Of a DNA stretch of 64,000 nucleotides, positions 1 through 11,464 are shown piece by piece. The stretch is taken from NCBI GenBank assembly GCA_964106915.2, contig OZ066928.1. One strand, given 5' to 3'. Numbering within the stretch: the first letter of the stretch is position 1; the number at the start of each line of letters is the position of its first letter. The notes under the pieces were generated by a model, which was given only the letters and a program-made list of their open reading frames with translations, was not told where the DNA came from and did not search any database. A program made the translations under genes and the position numbers. The stretch comes from Podarcis gaigeae. Taxonomy: Eukaryota.

Positions 1-394
1 TTTGCATAATTGCATAATTTGTTTTATAGTGTGCATGTGCGTGCGTGTAGAAGAGGGAATTTTGTATTTTTGAGGGAGTGGGCAAGGAAAGGGTAATGTT
101 GGGGATGAAGAATGGAGAACCATGTTTTACAGCATCAACCCTAACAGTGGAGAGTAGCTATTGGGCTCTACTTTAGGAAGCAAACCTATCTCTGGTCTGT
201 CTTCACTCATCCTATCCTGTAGGAGTCATTTTGTGTTACGCCATATCCCCATGAGAGCCGCCTTCTGAGTGGCACCACAGCAGTTCCAAATGGGCCTACC
301 ATCCCTGCTGGGCTGCGCTGAGGCTGCTGCCTTGGTGGCCAGCAATCTAACACTGTGCTGCAGCGTGAAGGGGCTGCAGTTTGAAGATTGTGGG

Positions 395-645
395 GAAAGC
401 TGGTAGATCAGGCCAGCGGCCCATCTATTCCAGCACTCTGTTCTCACAGTGGCCAGCCAAATGCCTAAGTTGGAAGCCCCAAAGCAGGACCTGAATGCAA
501 CAGCATCCGTCTGCACCCATGTGCTCCCTAGCACCTGACATGCCCAAGCATTACTGCCCCCCAGCAATGGAGGCAGAGCATAGCCATCATGGCTAGCAGC
601 CATTGATAGCTTATCTTCCACGAATTTGTCCAATCCTCTATAAGC
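395..645 (-). mobile_element. CR1-type LINE 3' end fragment
   Basis: Reverse complement reads ...agaggattggacaaattcgtggaagataagctatcaatggctgctagcc...ggccactgtgagaacagagtgctgg..., the squamate CR1 3' region also seen at 2630-3235. Boundaries approximate. Confidence 0.65.
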
Positions 646-649
646 TGGT

Positions 650-1150
650 TTCTGTGAGTCAGTTACTTTGTGTTTCCCTTGTTGTAATGTCAATCCAGAA
701 GAGTTTGTTTTTCTTACTGAGATCTGGACTTAACAACTGGAGGCTAGACTCTGCTGAGACTCAGAAGGCCTATGCTGCTCTGAAGGGGACTATCTTGGCT
801 TTGAGCCCTGGAAGACCTGTTCCCTCCCTGGCAGGACTTTTCCACCTGGCTTGGGCCCTGACTGACTTCAGCTACAAAAGCTGAGGCTGCTGAACAGACT
901 CTTGGGTTGGGGAATTGTTTAGGGGTTTGTGGTTGGGACTTATTATTGCTGATATTATTTTTTGTATATTTCTTTTTAGATCTTACAATGATTTAATGGG
1001 GAAATAATTCACTTTGGCTGTGTACTTTTTGATGTGTTTTATTTATTGTTTATGACTATTTCATTATGTTTGTAATCATGGAAATTGTTTTCATATTGTG
1101 AGCTACCTTGAGCATAGTTTTAACTATGGAAAGGCACCATCCAAATAAAA
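650..1150 (+). mobile_element. Decayed L2-like LINE 3' fragment
   Basis: T-rich 3' UTR followed by ttgtgagctaccttgagc...ggaaaggcaccatccaaataaaa, an L2-type terminal stem-loop/tail. Boundaries approximate. Confidence 0.4.
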
Positions 1151-2629
1151 GGAGGTATGTTTGTATCAGGCCTGACATACCAAGAGTCTTCCAGAAAATT
1201 AAGGAGACCTCAGTGGAACTTGCCTCTCTACTCATGAGGCAAGGATTTGGGGGCCCCAGGTACCTTCTCAGTGACCCTTGCTAGAATGAGAGGGTGGAAT
1301 GACATGGGTGGAAGACTTCTGTGATAGATTGAAAACATTGAAAAAGTAAATTAGGAATCTGCTCTTTAAAACAACAACAACAGTGCAGGACTTAAAGGAC
1401 TTTAAGTAGCACATTTTCCCCTTGCAGCTTTATCATTTCTAAAACAGCTATATCTCCAAGTTGTGGGGGGAAATCAATGGAACTTTCTTTCAAGAGAGGA
1501 AAGGGACAATTTGTTGCCATAGCAAAGGCTTTTTCAAGGTAACTATTTTGCTTCATGACAGTACAAAGTCCTAAATGTCAAGTGTTCCTTGTTAAGGGAA
1601 GGATTGTGGCATTGCCGCATAACGCATCAGCCCATGTGCAGTGTTTTCCAGATGCTGGGTGTCTTGTTATTGAATGGATCTTCACCCTTGTGTTTGTGAG
1701 ACGGTTTTCCAAGCCAAAGAATACTTTTTGTTGCCACTGTGTTTCTAGGACTGCTGTCCTTACCACGCTTACTAGAGAATGGGGAATGTTGCACTAGTTT
1801 TCCTGATTGAAATGCTACTGCTTCTGTATCATTTTCCAATGTTCCTTCCACGTTACAGTACCTGTTTTGGAACTGCGGCATTTTTACTGATATACCAGTG
1901 TGCTGCCCTAAATTTCATTCACACCAGTGGGTGTGATGTGACACAACAACAACAAGCATCATTGGACATTGTCACTACTTTGCCACCCTTTCCACATGTG
2001 TGCTTCTGTTACCTCATGATTCTGCCATGAAGACAGCAGAAAACAACTGTATGGCACCCCAAATTTCATCATTTTACTCTGGTGATTTTCTAGGTTAAGG
2101 AGGCTATGAATTGATTTTTTTTATTTAAAAAAATGGAATTAAAGCATTAAGCATGCACTATATTCCATTTGTTTTCCAGAAGTAGCTTTTACATTGTGTG
2201 AAAGCACAAATATAATGCGGAAACGAACAGTTAGGAAAAAACAGGGAATTGAAATTAACTGCAGTGTGAAGGCAGCCTATGACCCATTAAATTCTGATGG
2301 ATTTACTTCCAAGTAAACCTGTGTAGACTTGTGCTGTAAAAGCACACTCCCACAACTTGGAGCTTTGGCCAACAACTCCCATCACTTCTGACAACTGGGC
2401 AAGTTGAGGTTCATATTTCCACTCAGTGCAGTCAACAAAGCAAATTCAGCATCCTGTTTCACACAATGACCAGCACTATTTCTCTGTGAAGCCCACAAGC
2501 AGGTCACGAGCACAATATCCTTCTCCCATTGCTGTCTTCCAGCAGCTGATACCCTGAAGCAAACTGTCTCTGATCCATGCTGGATAGGCTGGTGGAAGTT
2601 GTAGTCCACAAAATATGGAGGCTACCCCA

Positions 2630-3235
2630 AATTTATCATGGACATCCAATGAAGCTGAATGTTGGAAGAAATGACTTCTTGACACAGTGCATAGTTAAAT
2701 TATGGAATTCATGCCCCCCAGGAGGCAGTACAGTGGTACCTCGGGTTACAGACGCTTTAGGTTACGATTTTTCGGGTTGTACACCGCACGAACCCGGAAA
2801 TACCAGAACGGGTTACTTCCGGGTTTTGGCGCTCACACATGCGCAGAAGCACTAAATCATGCTTTGCGCATGCACAGAAGTGCCGAATTATGACCCACGT
2901 GTGCGCACACGCGACACTGTGGGCTGCGAACGCTGGGGGTTGTGAACATCACGTTTGTAACCCGAGGTTCCACTGTAATTGCTACCAACCTGCAAGACTT
3001 TAAAGGAGGATTGGATAAATTCATGGAGGACACTATCATGATAGCTATGTTCTGGCCCAAAGTTAGAGGCAGTAATGCTTCTGAATACCAGTTGCGAGAA
3101 ACCACAGGAAGGGAGTGTGTTTTGGTTCTTGTTTGCTAGTTTCCTACAGACATCTGCTTGGCCACTGTGAGAACAGGATGCTGGACAAGATGGGTTATTA
3201 TACTGATACAGCAGACTCCTCTTATGTTCTTATGA
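2630..3235 (+). mobile_element. CR1 LINE 3' fragment interrupted by a mariner-like MITE
   Basis: Translates GHPMKLNVGR...FLTQCIVKLWNS, then after the MITE ATNLQDFKGGLDKFMED (CR1 RT C-terminus); ends in ttatgttcttatg tail. Confidence 0.8.
2731..2975. mobile_element. Tc1/mariner-type MITE
   Basis: TIRs cagtggtacctcgggttaca / tgtaacccgaggttccactg; TA at 2729-2730 and 2976-2977; removing it restores the CR1. Confidence 0.85.
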
Positions 3236-4519
3236 ATAGGAAAAGGCAGACATTCTGCCTGTCTAGCCGTGGTGTCCCCCCCTGGTCATAATCTGGGTAG
3301 AGAATGGCTCTGTAAATGTTATAGCCCTAATTGGAATGCCTTTTGAAATCTTCTTCTAAAAGCCATTAGCTCTGTTCTTCAGGATATGACCACAGACTGC
3401 TTTGTCTCCTACATTTTTCTGTCTCCTTTTAACAATGCAGCCAACTTCATTAATGCAACGAGGTTAGTGCATGATATTTGAAAACCCTCCTCCTTAATTG
3501 TCATTAATTGCAGAACTTTATATGCAAATACTTCTCCCAGAAGTGTTTGCAATCATTGGTGTCCTATTTAGGAAGTAGGTCAGCGACTCTTATTATGCCG
3601 CAAGAGTTGATTTATTTCCTAGATATTTTCATTTATGAAAAGCGTTTTGGAGAAAAGTGACTTTGATTATTGAAACATGACCTGCAGACAGATCACTTCA
3701 GCACTGTCGTACACTGTCCCTCTTCTGCTTCGAAGAACATCACATTTGCATTCCCCAAATTAATGCTTTTGTCAACCTTAGAACTGCAAATCCCGATGGA
3801 TTTCATTAACAAGTTTCCTAGCCTCGTACGGCTCTGCATCTCAGCAGAGACATAGAAACTGCCACCTGAAAATAAATGCTCACTGAAGAGGGGTGGGGGA
3901 AGCTCTCAAAATATTGATTAAAGGTATGCTGAATGTCTACGGAATATTGACCTAATGTGCAGGGTAAATTGAATATGGAGGCTGTCAGTTTTGTTCGTGT
4001 GGCTGCCCCCTGTGGTGAGCTATTGGAACTGTAGCTCCATGGCAGTGAAATATTCTCAGGCTCTGAACTTGGCCCACTCATTCAGGCTAGCCATTTGAGT
4101 TTTCTATTGGAACTGGGCCTTTGACTTGGTGAGAAAGGTGTTACTGGTTCCACTTCATTTATTGGCTCTGCCTCAGCTCTCGGTTCTGAGCTCCTGGATT
4201 TTTTTTTTTAAAGCCTCAAATTCCTACAGCTCAACATGGATACCATGCCAGCTAAATGGTGCTGGAATGGAAAACTTCACTTTGCCTCCTGAGAGGAAGT
4301 CAGTGGTTCGTCTTTCCAAATCTATTAGAATTATTCAGTTATCCCTGCAAAACCCTACTCCTAGCCACAACCACAGCATATTTTTGAAGCACTATTAAAC
4401 CACCACTAAACAGTCATGACTTCCCCCAAGGAATTATGGGAGATGTAGTTTGTTAAGGGTGCTGAAAGTTCTTAGGAGGAACTTTCCTATTCCATGTAGT
4501 GAACTACCGCTGTGAAGAG

Positions 4520-5759
4520 GAATCCAATATCCCATGTCTGGGCAAGGTACTGGAGTACTTGGTGGCATCTCAGCTCCAGGGGTTCTTGGAGGAGATGGCT
4601 TATCTAGGTCCATTTCAATCTGGTTTCAGGCCTGGTTATGGAACAGAGAAAGCTTTGGTTGTCTTAGTGGATGACTTACACCAGGAACTGGACAGGGGGA
4701 GTGCGTCCCTGCTGATTCTGCTAAACCTCTTGGAGGCTTTCAGTACCATTGATCATGTGGTATCTTTCTGGACCGCCTTGATAGGATGGGACTTGGAGAC
4801 ACTGTTTTACAGTGGCTCTGTTACTTCCTCGAGGGGCAAACCTAGAAGGTGATGCTGGGGAACTCCTGTTCAATGCCATGGTTCTGCTCTGTTCCCCATG
4901 GCATTCAACTTTTACATGAAACAGCTGGGAGAGTTTATCTGGAGTTTTGGGGTCACTGACATGCTGATGACACCCAGCTCTGTTTCTCCTTTCCACCGAA
5001 ATCCAAGGAAGCTGTCTTGGTTTTAAACAGTGGCTTGTCATCAGTAATGGACTGGATGAGGGTGAATAAATTCAAACTTAATCCAGACAAGACATAGGTG
5101 ATCTTAGTCAGAAGACAGAACAGGAAAACAGGGATTCCACAATGTGCTGTATGGGGTAATACTTCCCATAAAGGCATATGGATGTCCAAGTTTCTGCAGT
5201 GGCATTTGCAGAGTTAAAGCTAGTGCGCTAGCTGCAGCCATTCCTTGAGATGCCTGATTTGGCCACAGTGACACCAACTTAGTTATACCCTGTTTGGATT
5301 ACTGTAACATGCTCTATGTGGGGTTGCCTTTGGAATGTGCTCAGAAACTTCAATCGACTCAAAGAGCTGCAGCGAGATTGCTGACTAGGTCTGGTTATAG
5401 GGAGCAGACAACTCCTTTGTTTCAACAGCTCTACTAGTCTTCTCGGTACTGGTCTGTTTCTGGGCACAATTCCAAGTTATCACCTATAAAGCCATACATG
5501 GCTTAGGTCCAAGTTTTCTGAAATACTATATTCCCTCATACAAACCTGCCCAGGTTTTGAGATCTTTGGAGTAGGCTGCTCACAGACAACTCTGGAACTC
5601 CCTCCCTAGAAGCTCCCGAGAAGCTAGACTGGCTCCCATCTTATCCTTCATCCAGCAGATGAAGACTTTCTTTCTTCTTCCAGCAGGCTTTGGGGAACTC
5701 ACTGCTTTTAATGAAAGGGCTTTTAATACCATGCTGTTTTATGGCAATTATTTGTATGG

Positions 5760-5804
<45 letters not shown>

Positions 5805-5865
5805 TATCATTTTGTTCTATCCTGAGACCTGCAGGTATAGAGCAGTTTACAAATTTAATAAATAG
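4520..5865 (+). mobile_element. 5'-truncated L2-clade LINE (decayed RT plus 3' UTR)
   Basis: ORF 4499-4852 SNIPCLGKVLEYLVASQL...FQSGFRPGYGTEKAL...LLILLNLLEAFSTIDH matches L2/CR1-group RT motifs; downstream ADDTQL and KLNPDKT-like remnants. Sits inside an older MITE (4370-4510 and 5870-5920). Confidence 0.85.
5761..5801. repeat. (TA)n microsatellite
   Basis: About 20 perfect TA units. Confidence 0.95.
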
Positions 5866-6919
5866 TAGTAGTTAAACCACTGTGGGAATTGTAGCTTTAA
5901 ATGTATGGTGTAAATGTGACCCTTCTCAGAGTAGACTACTGTAGAAATCAATGGACATGGCTACCTCGGACCCATTAATTTCAATAGGTCTACTCTGGGT
6001 ACAGCTTCATTTCATATAACCCAATATTTTTCAGTTTGGTGAATGAGAAGGGCCTTTGTTTACTTCCTTTTAAAAAAGTCTGCCCAAGGCACAGCAACAC
6101 TCTTCCTAACCAATGCATGGCAATGCATCTCTTCCCCTGCCCCATAACTTGGACTTTCATGGCTCAGGACAGCCGGCCGGGTTTCTAAAGATGAAGATTT
6201 TGTGAGTAATAATAACCACCATGCTTTAATTCTTCCTATGGGGGATCTTAAAATTAAAAGCTGACCAGGCCCAGCAGAGAGACATGTCGAAAACAGTGGC
6301 TACTGTAGAGCCTGAATGCACTGAGACGGTGGGTGGGAATGTTGCAAAAGAAGTTGAGGATAACAAATCTCTGCAAAACATAGAAGAGATGAGGTCCAAT
6401 GTTCAGTCAGTCAATATGCAAGTACAAGAATGGAGATTATGTGTCCCCCTACTTGCCTGTGGGAAACGGAGAGAGCAAGAGAGAAAGGGGGGGGGGTGGC
6501 GGCGGGAGAGAGAGAGAGATGCATGAATGACTGGAAGCAAAGTCTCCTAAGTGACACAGAAGTTGAGTGTATATGGCAAGGCCCTTGTCCAGATGCCAGG
6601 CAGCATCAGGCCACTGGCAGAAGTGGTGTGGCAGGCTGACAGGAGCAGTTCAGATGTAGGCAGGTTCTTCCAGGGGAAAGCCCGGAGGGGGCATTGGCTT
6701 TGTCAGCTGTGTCCATGAACTCTTGTAATAGAACAGCCAGCTGGAACTAAGTCTGCCCAGATGATACACGGGGCACAGATAAGCGCTCTCCTGTGCATGG
6801 GTTGGAAGATGACTGTCACCTGTATTCTCTCCTGGATGCAGCCCTTATGTTCCTTCCACACTCTTACTTAGCCTTGCAGGGCTGACACCAGTTTTGGTGA
6901 AAGTAGGACTATAAGCCTT

Positions 6920-7090
6920 GTTTCTTACGTTTCATTCCACCTTTCCTCCAAAGTGTTCAGACCAGCATATATTGGTCTTCCTTATCCTTGTAAAAAACAA
7001 CAACCCTGTGAGGTAACCCAAGGTCACACAGTGGCTTTTCTAGGTGTGTGGGGATTTGAACATGGCTCTATCTAATCTCATTCTGATTCA
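6920..7090 (-). mobile_element. Old MIR/CORE-like tRNA SINE
   Basis: aacaacaaccctgtgaggta...cccaaggtcacacagtggc...gggatttgaac (reverse-complement core and B box). Confidence 0.55.
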
Positions 7091-7449
7091 TTTACTGCTG
7101 CATTGATTTCCAGAAGACCTAAGCATATTACACCAATTCTGACTTCACTACACTGGCTACCTTTTAGTTCGCAGGCTCAATTCAGTTGGTTTTGTCTTAT
7201 ACAGCCATATATGGCTTGAGACCCCAGGACTAGCTCTCTCCACATAAAGCAGCCCAGAACTTGCCATGTCCAGCAGAGATCCTTCTCCATGTCCCTCACC
7301 CAAGGGATGATCAGAAGGTGAGTGTGGCTTGGACAAAACAGCCTTGTGGGTTGAAAATGGTTAAGACCCCTATTCACAGAGCTACAGTTCCCAGAAAGAA
7401 AATCTAAGGAGCATACCCAACAAAAATCCAGACTGGAGTCCCTAAGATG

Positions 7450-7706
7450 GTTGGATGGCACCTTGTACACCTCCTTCTGGCAACTTCTGCAGCCAAGCTG
7501 GTGCCAAATGTTTTGCTCTGCTTTTTCTCTGGACCACATCAGCAAGGCTGAGAGGGGGGTCTTGTCATCTGGACAGCCTAGGACCTCCATTCACAATGCT
7601 CAGGCTTGTGCCCCATGGAGGTCTCTTTGGTTCTGCTAATGCAGTCATTTGACTTCACCCCTGGAGGCACACTCCATTGTCTCTCAAATCAGAAGGATGT
7701 CCACAA
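7450..7706 (+). mobile_element. 3' part of a non-autonomous RTE-derived element
   Basis: Reverse-complement homolog of 41955-42255 (cagccaagctggtg...ggaccacatcag...actccattgtctctcaa). Confidence 0.6.
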
Positions 7707-7732
7707 TGAGAATCCCCAGCATGGTTTAACAA

Positions 7733-8566
7733 TATCCGCCCTCCCTTCCCCACAGGTGGGTGGGGTTTGCGGCACCAAGCGAGGCTCACCTGGGCGGGTG
7801 CCACCCACCTGCCTGAGCTGGCCTTTGACTCGGCCCCGGCCAGGGAGGACAATGGACAGCCGGCCGGGGGTGGGCCTAAGGCCAAAGGAAAAGAGGCTGA
7901 CTCTTGGGCTCAAGCCTCTTTTGCTGCTCTTCCTTCTGGGATCACCCACCCACCCTCCCTCAATTAATATTTCTTGCCTTTTAATTTCAGCTTAGGTCAG
8001 CGATCTTCAATTTAACAATTTCTTCTTTACAGGCTAATATTTTGCCTTCCAGGTCAGCGGGCGCTGCTGCGGTCGTAAGATGGTTGCTGTATTCGGAACA
8101 GGGAAGGAATTTTCCCTGCATTGCCAGGTTTCGCCTTCCCCGTAGCAATTTCGTCACAACTTTGGCAGTTTTAGGCCTTGGCAAAGTAGCCTTTAGTCTA
8201 ACATCAAGTTGGGGGGGATGCATTGATGCATTCATGCTCCCTCCCCATGTGGCGGCGCTTGCAGGGCCCATTAAAGGGCAAAAACCAGGAGTCCCTGGCC
8301 CTAGAGCGGCGGCATGTAGGTCAAACTCCCCGGATGAGGTCAGTGTAAGTTTGCGCTTTGCAGTCCCCTCTCACTTGGCCTCAACTGCCTGCATATCCTC
8401 AGCCAGGCGGGCTGAGAGGGTTACCTGCCAAGCCCTGTGCCAAGTTTCCCACTTCTAATATTCAATAAAGTTGTGGCCAATTTGAACCCATACTCTGGTC
8501 TCTTGTGTCATCATTTGGGAAAAGGGGGTAGGCACCACAGACAGGGTTTACCGCATGTGCCCGCAA
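7733..8566 (+). mobile_element. Solo repeat of a putative tyrosine-recombinase (Ngaro/DIRS-type) retroelement, copy A
   Basis: GC-rich 834 bp; AATAAAGTTGTGGCC at 8464-8478; ends CGCAA; flanked only by shared CAA(T); removing it restores the host MITE (ggtttaacaa|tcaatcccttttcccagggaactc). Superfamily assignment is inference. Confidence 0.6.
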
Positions 8567-8640
8567 TCAATCCCTTTTCCCAGGGAACTCTTGTGTATTG
8601 AAGTTCTGTGAGGGGAATTTCACACCACTTAACTGTGATA

Positions 8641-8828
8641 GAGAATGGCTAGAGCTCAGTGGTAAAGCCTCTACATTGCAGGCAGAAGGTCCCAGGTTCA
8701 ATCTGCCACATCTCCAGGTAGGGCTGGGAATGTTTGTTTCCGAAAAACCCTGGAGGGCCACTGCCAGCAGGCAGTACAAAAGTAGATGAACCAATGGTCT
8801 GACTCAATATAAGCCAGCTTCCTATGTT
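8641..8828 (+). mobile_element. Squam3-like tRNA-derived SINE
   Basis: A box agctcagtggta, B box ggttcaatc, body ctccaggtagggctggg...ccactgccag, tail cttcctatgttc. Confidence 0.75.
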
Positions 8829-10099
8829 CAGTTGTCCAGTTCAGCAATGTCTGGGAGAGCAAAATGGACCTGTTCACTGTTTTTTGTGAAGCAACAACAA
8901 AGGAAATAAAAACCTTCCTTTTGCCCAAAGCCTAAGTGGTCATGAACGCCTTGGAGCAAGAGTCATTTGGCTTTTAGGAATTTGTACAAGAAACAGGGAG
9001 CTTTTGTACCGAAGCAACCACATTACTGATGATTCCAACCACCCTTTGGGAGATGCAATGGTGTTGGTCGCAAGAAAGCTATGACAAGGTAGATGCACAT
9101 CCTGCATGACCAAAGATTAACATGTACCCTTCTCCTTTCGGGCATATTGATTTTGCTCTCGTATATCATTCATTGCAATCACTTTGCTGCAAGTGGGCAA
9201 TAAAATTAGACAAGTGGGAAGGGGGACTGCCAGTTATAGATGGCTGGAGAGGCCTTTATGATAAACGCCCCAAATTTGGCACTTGGGGAGTAGGACAGCA
9301 AGGTCATCTCCTGACCTGGGAGTGTTTAAAAAACCACTCATAGATTGAATACACCCTGCCCCCTGGAAAATGTTTGGGTTTATGTCATATAAACCTTTTT
9401 CATTAACTGCAGAAAGCTGAATCTTGTCTACCAACTATTTCAATCAGGAAGTGGTGTGCTGTGAATTGCGATTTATTAAGCCCCAAGGGGTGGAAGGACA
9501 AAGTAATGTTCTCCTTTTGTAACACAGCACAGCCGATGAATAATTATTCCATAATCTGAACTACCTGGATTACTCTGGGCATCATTAGGCTCTAGTTGAG
9601 TACACCAACACAAGGTTAGCATGGCTTGCCATGGCTTTGTTGTCCTTCACACCTCCACATTATCAAACCTCCCTCCCCCATAAATACATTCTAATCTTCC
9701 ACACCAAATGTTTGTAACGCTTAATGAAAAGAATAAAATATCGTTTAAGAAATGTTAGAGTTACTCCTAAGTCAATTCTGCAGCTGGCCAACTTCCAAGA
9801 GCCTTTGCTTTTGGTGTGGAAAAATGCCAACTCACTTTGACAAATGTTAAGCAACCACTGTCTGGAATGTTGAACAATCATTGCAAACTCTTCTGCCATC
9901 AATATACTGACCAGCTTCTTTTCGAGGATGGCCCACCAATAAAAATCTTTCTGTGCATCTCCCCATAGCTTGCAAAAGTTTTGCTGTAAGAGGTGTGAAA
10001 GTTCTCAGGTACATTTTTGCTAACCTTTTTATCGAATAGACATTTCCCAACTTTCTTTGCAGATTAAATTTGGAGACAGCTTAGATATATAGGGTAGGA

Positions 10100-10241
10100 C
10101 AGTGCTTTTATTCTAGAAAAAAAATGGGTACTGGTACTCACCATGAAGTTGTTACAGTAAATGCCACACCAGTGCTTTTCTTCTAGAAAAAGGGTGCCAG
10201 AGCTGCATACTCTTAAGTACTCCCCCCCAAAAAAAGCACTG
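10100..10241. mobile_element. hAT MITE
   Basis: TIRs cagtgcttttt / aaaaagcactg; perfect 8-bp TSD gggtagga (10092-10099, 10242-10249). Confidence 0.85.
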
Positions 10242-10390
10242 GGGTAGGACTGCAGCTCAGAAGACCTGCTTTGCATCCCAGGTTGAATCCCCACATCTGC
10301 GGGTGGGGCTGGGAAAGGCTAGAGACCTACTGCCAGTCAGTGCAGATAATATGGATCTAGATAGCCCAATAATCTGACTTTATGTTTCCT
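10242..10390 (+). mobile_element. Decayed Squam3-like SINE
   Basis: cagctcag...caggttgaatccc...gggctgggaaag...ctgccagtcagtgcagataat; similar to 8641 and 18568. Confidence 0.55.
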
Positions 10391-11464
10391 GTATAAAACC
10401 CATTAGAAACATGTTTAATACTCTTAGTTCCTGTGCATATTTTGTTTAAAGACATTCCTTCAAAAGTGCATCCAAAAGATTCATTTTAGGCACAATTTGA
10501 TAGTAACTCTACTTTTCCAGTGAAAAAAAAACTGGGCATAGTCACTCTGTCTCTGTAAACCTATGCTGGATGTTAATGGCCTTTAGGCTGGCATTAAACC
10601 CTTGTTGGTATTCTTTGCACACTTGATTTGGCTGCTTCCGCATGAATGCCCAAAAATTGAAAGTTGGTGTCCTGGAACTTTGGAGACTTCAGACTTCTTG
10701 CACGCTATGGTCTCTCCACAAATCTATCGCCTGATGAATAATACTCTTAAGCTGGAAATAATAGTTTCAAAACATGATTGATTTTACAATGGATTTCTGA
10801 GTGAGTGGAAGATTTACTTGAAAAATGATGGCACCAAATGTTTTCATGAAACATTATTTCGTCTGCCATCATAAGTTAATTAAAGAAATATATATATATA
10901 TTTGCAAGGCTTTAGTGGTGACTTTTTTCCGGCTGAGCCCCCCCCCCCCCTTTATGTGGTCATCACTCACCTGCCCTATTTTTAAACAGAAAAATGGAGC
11001 GGCTTTGTTAGAGCTATTGTGTTGGAGGATGTGCTTGATCCACAGAGAGAGTGACTTTGCGCTCAATGCTTGCACTGGTTGCTTAATCTTCCTTTCATTT
11101 TAAAACAGAGGTGCATGAGGAGATGAATAAAGCTGTCATTGAAGAGTAGGGAACCTGTCAGTAATATTCATACACTTTTCAGCTTGCAAGATGAAGTTCC
11201 TTTAAAGAGCAGCTCAAACTTCCTGCCATCGCCAGAGACACTGAGGATAACTCACGATACAGCCAGGTTGGTTGATATAGAAGCAGATCTTGGGGTAGTT
11301 GTTCCCTTGTTCAAGTGCACTGCTGTCAGCTGATGGGAGATGGAGCTGGGTGTGAAAGAAATATCACCAGGTGTGGTGTTGGCACCCATAATGGCCACTT
11401 ACCATCTTTGAGGGTGAGTGGCAATTGTGTCCTGATGTGGCGCTTCGTTCCCTCTTGGACACAA

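Noticed and set aside
226-693. 155-aa minus-strand ORF
   Set aside because: Chance read-through of a CR1 3' fragment; no coherent protein.
3690-3866. Possible minus-strand exon after the acceptor-like ttattttcag
   Set aside because: No recognisable protein in any frame and no matching donor or partner exons.
6284-6526. Protein-like ORF MSKTVATVEPECTE...
   Set aside because: No recognisable homology; runs into a purine-rich simple repeat; no splice context.
8641-8715. tRNA gene
   Set aside because: The A/B boxes belong to a SINE head; no cloverleaf and it continues into SINE body. The same applies to 18568, 24400-24470 and 48110.
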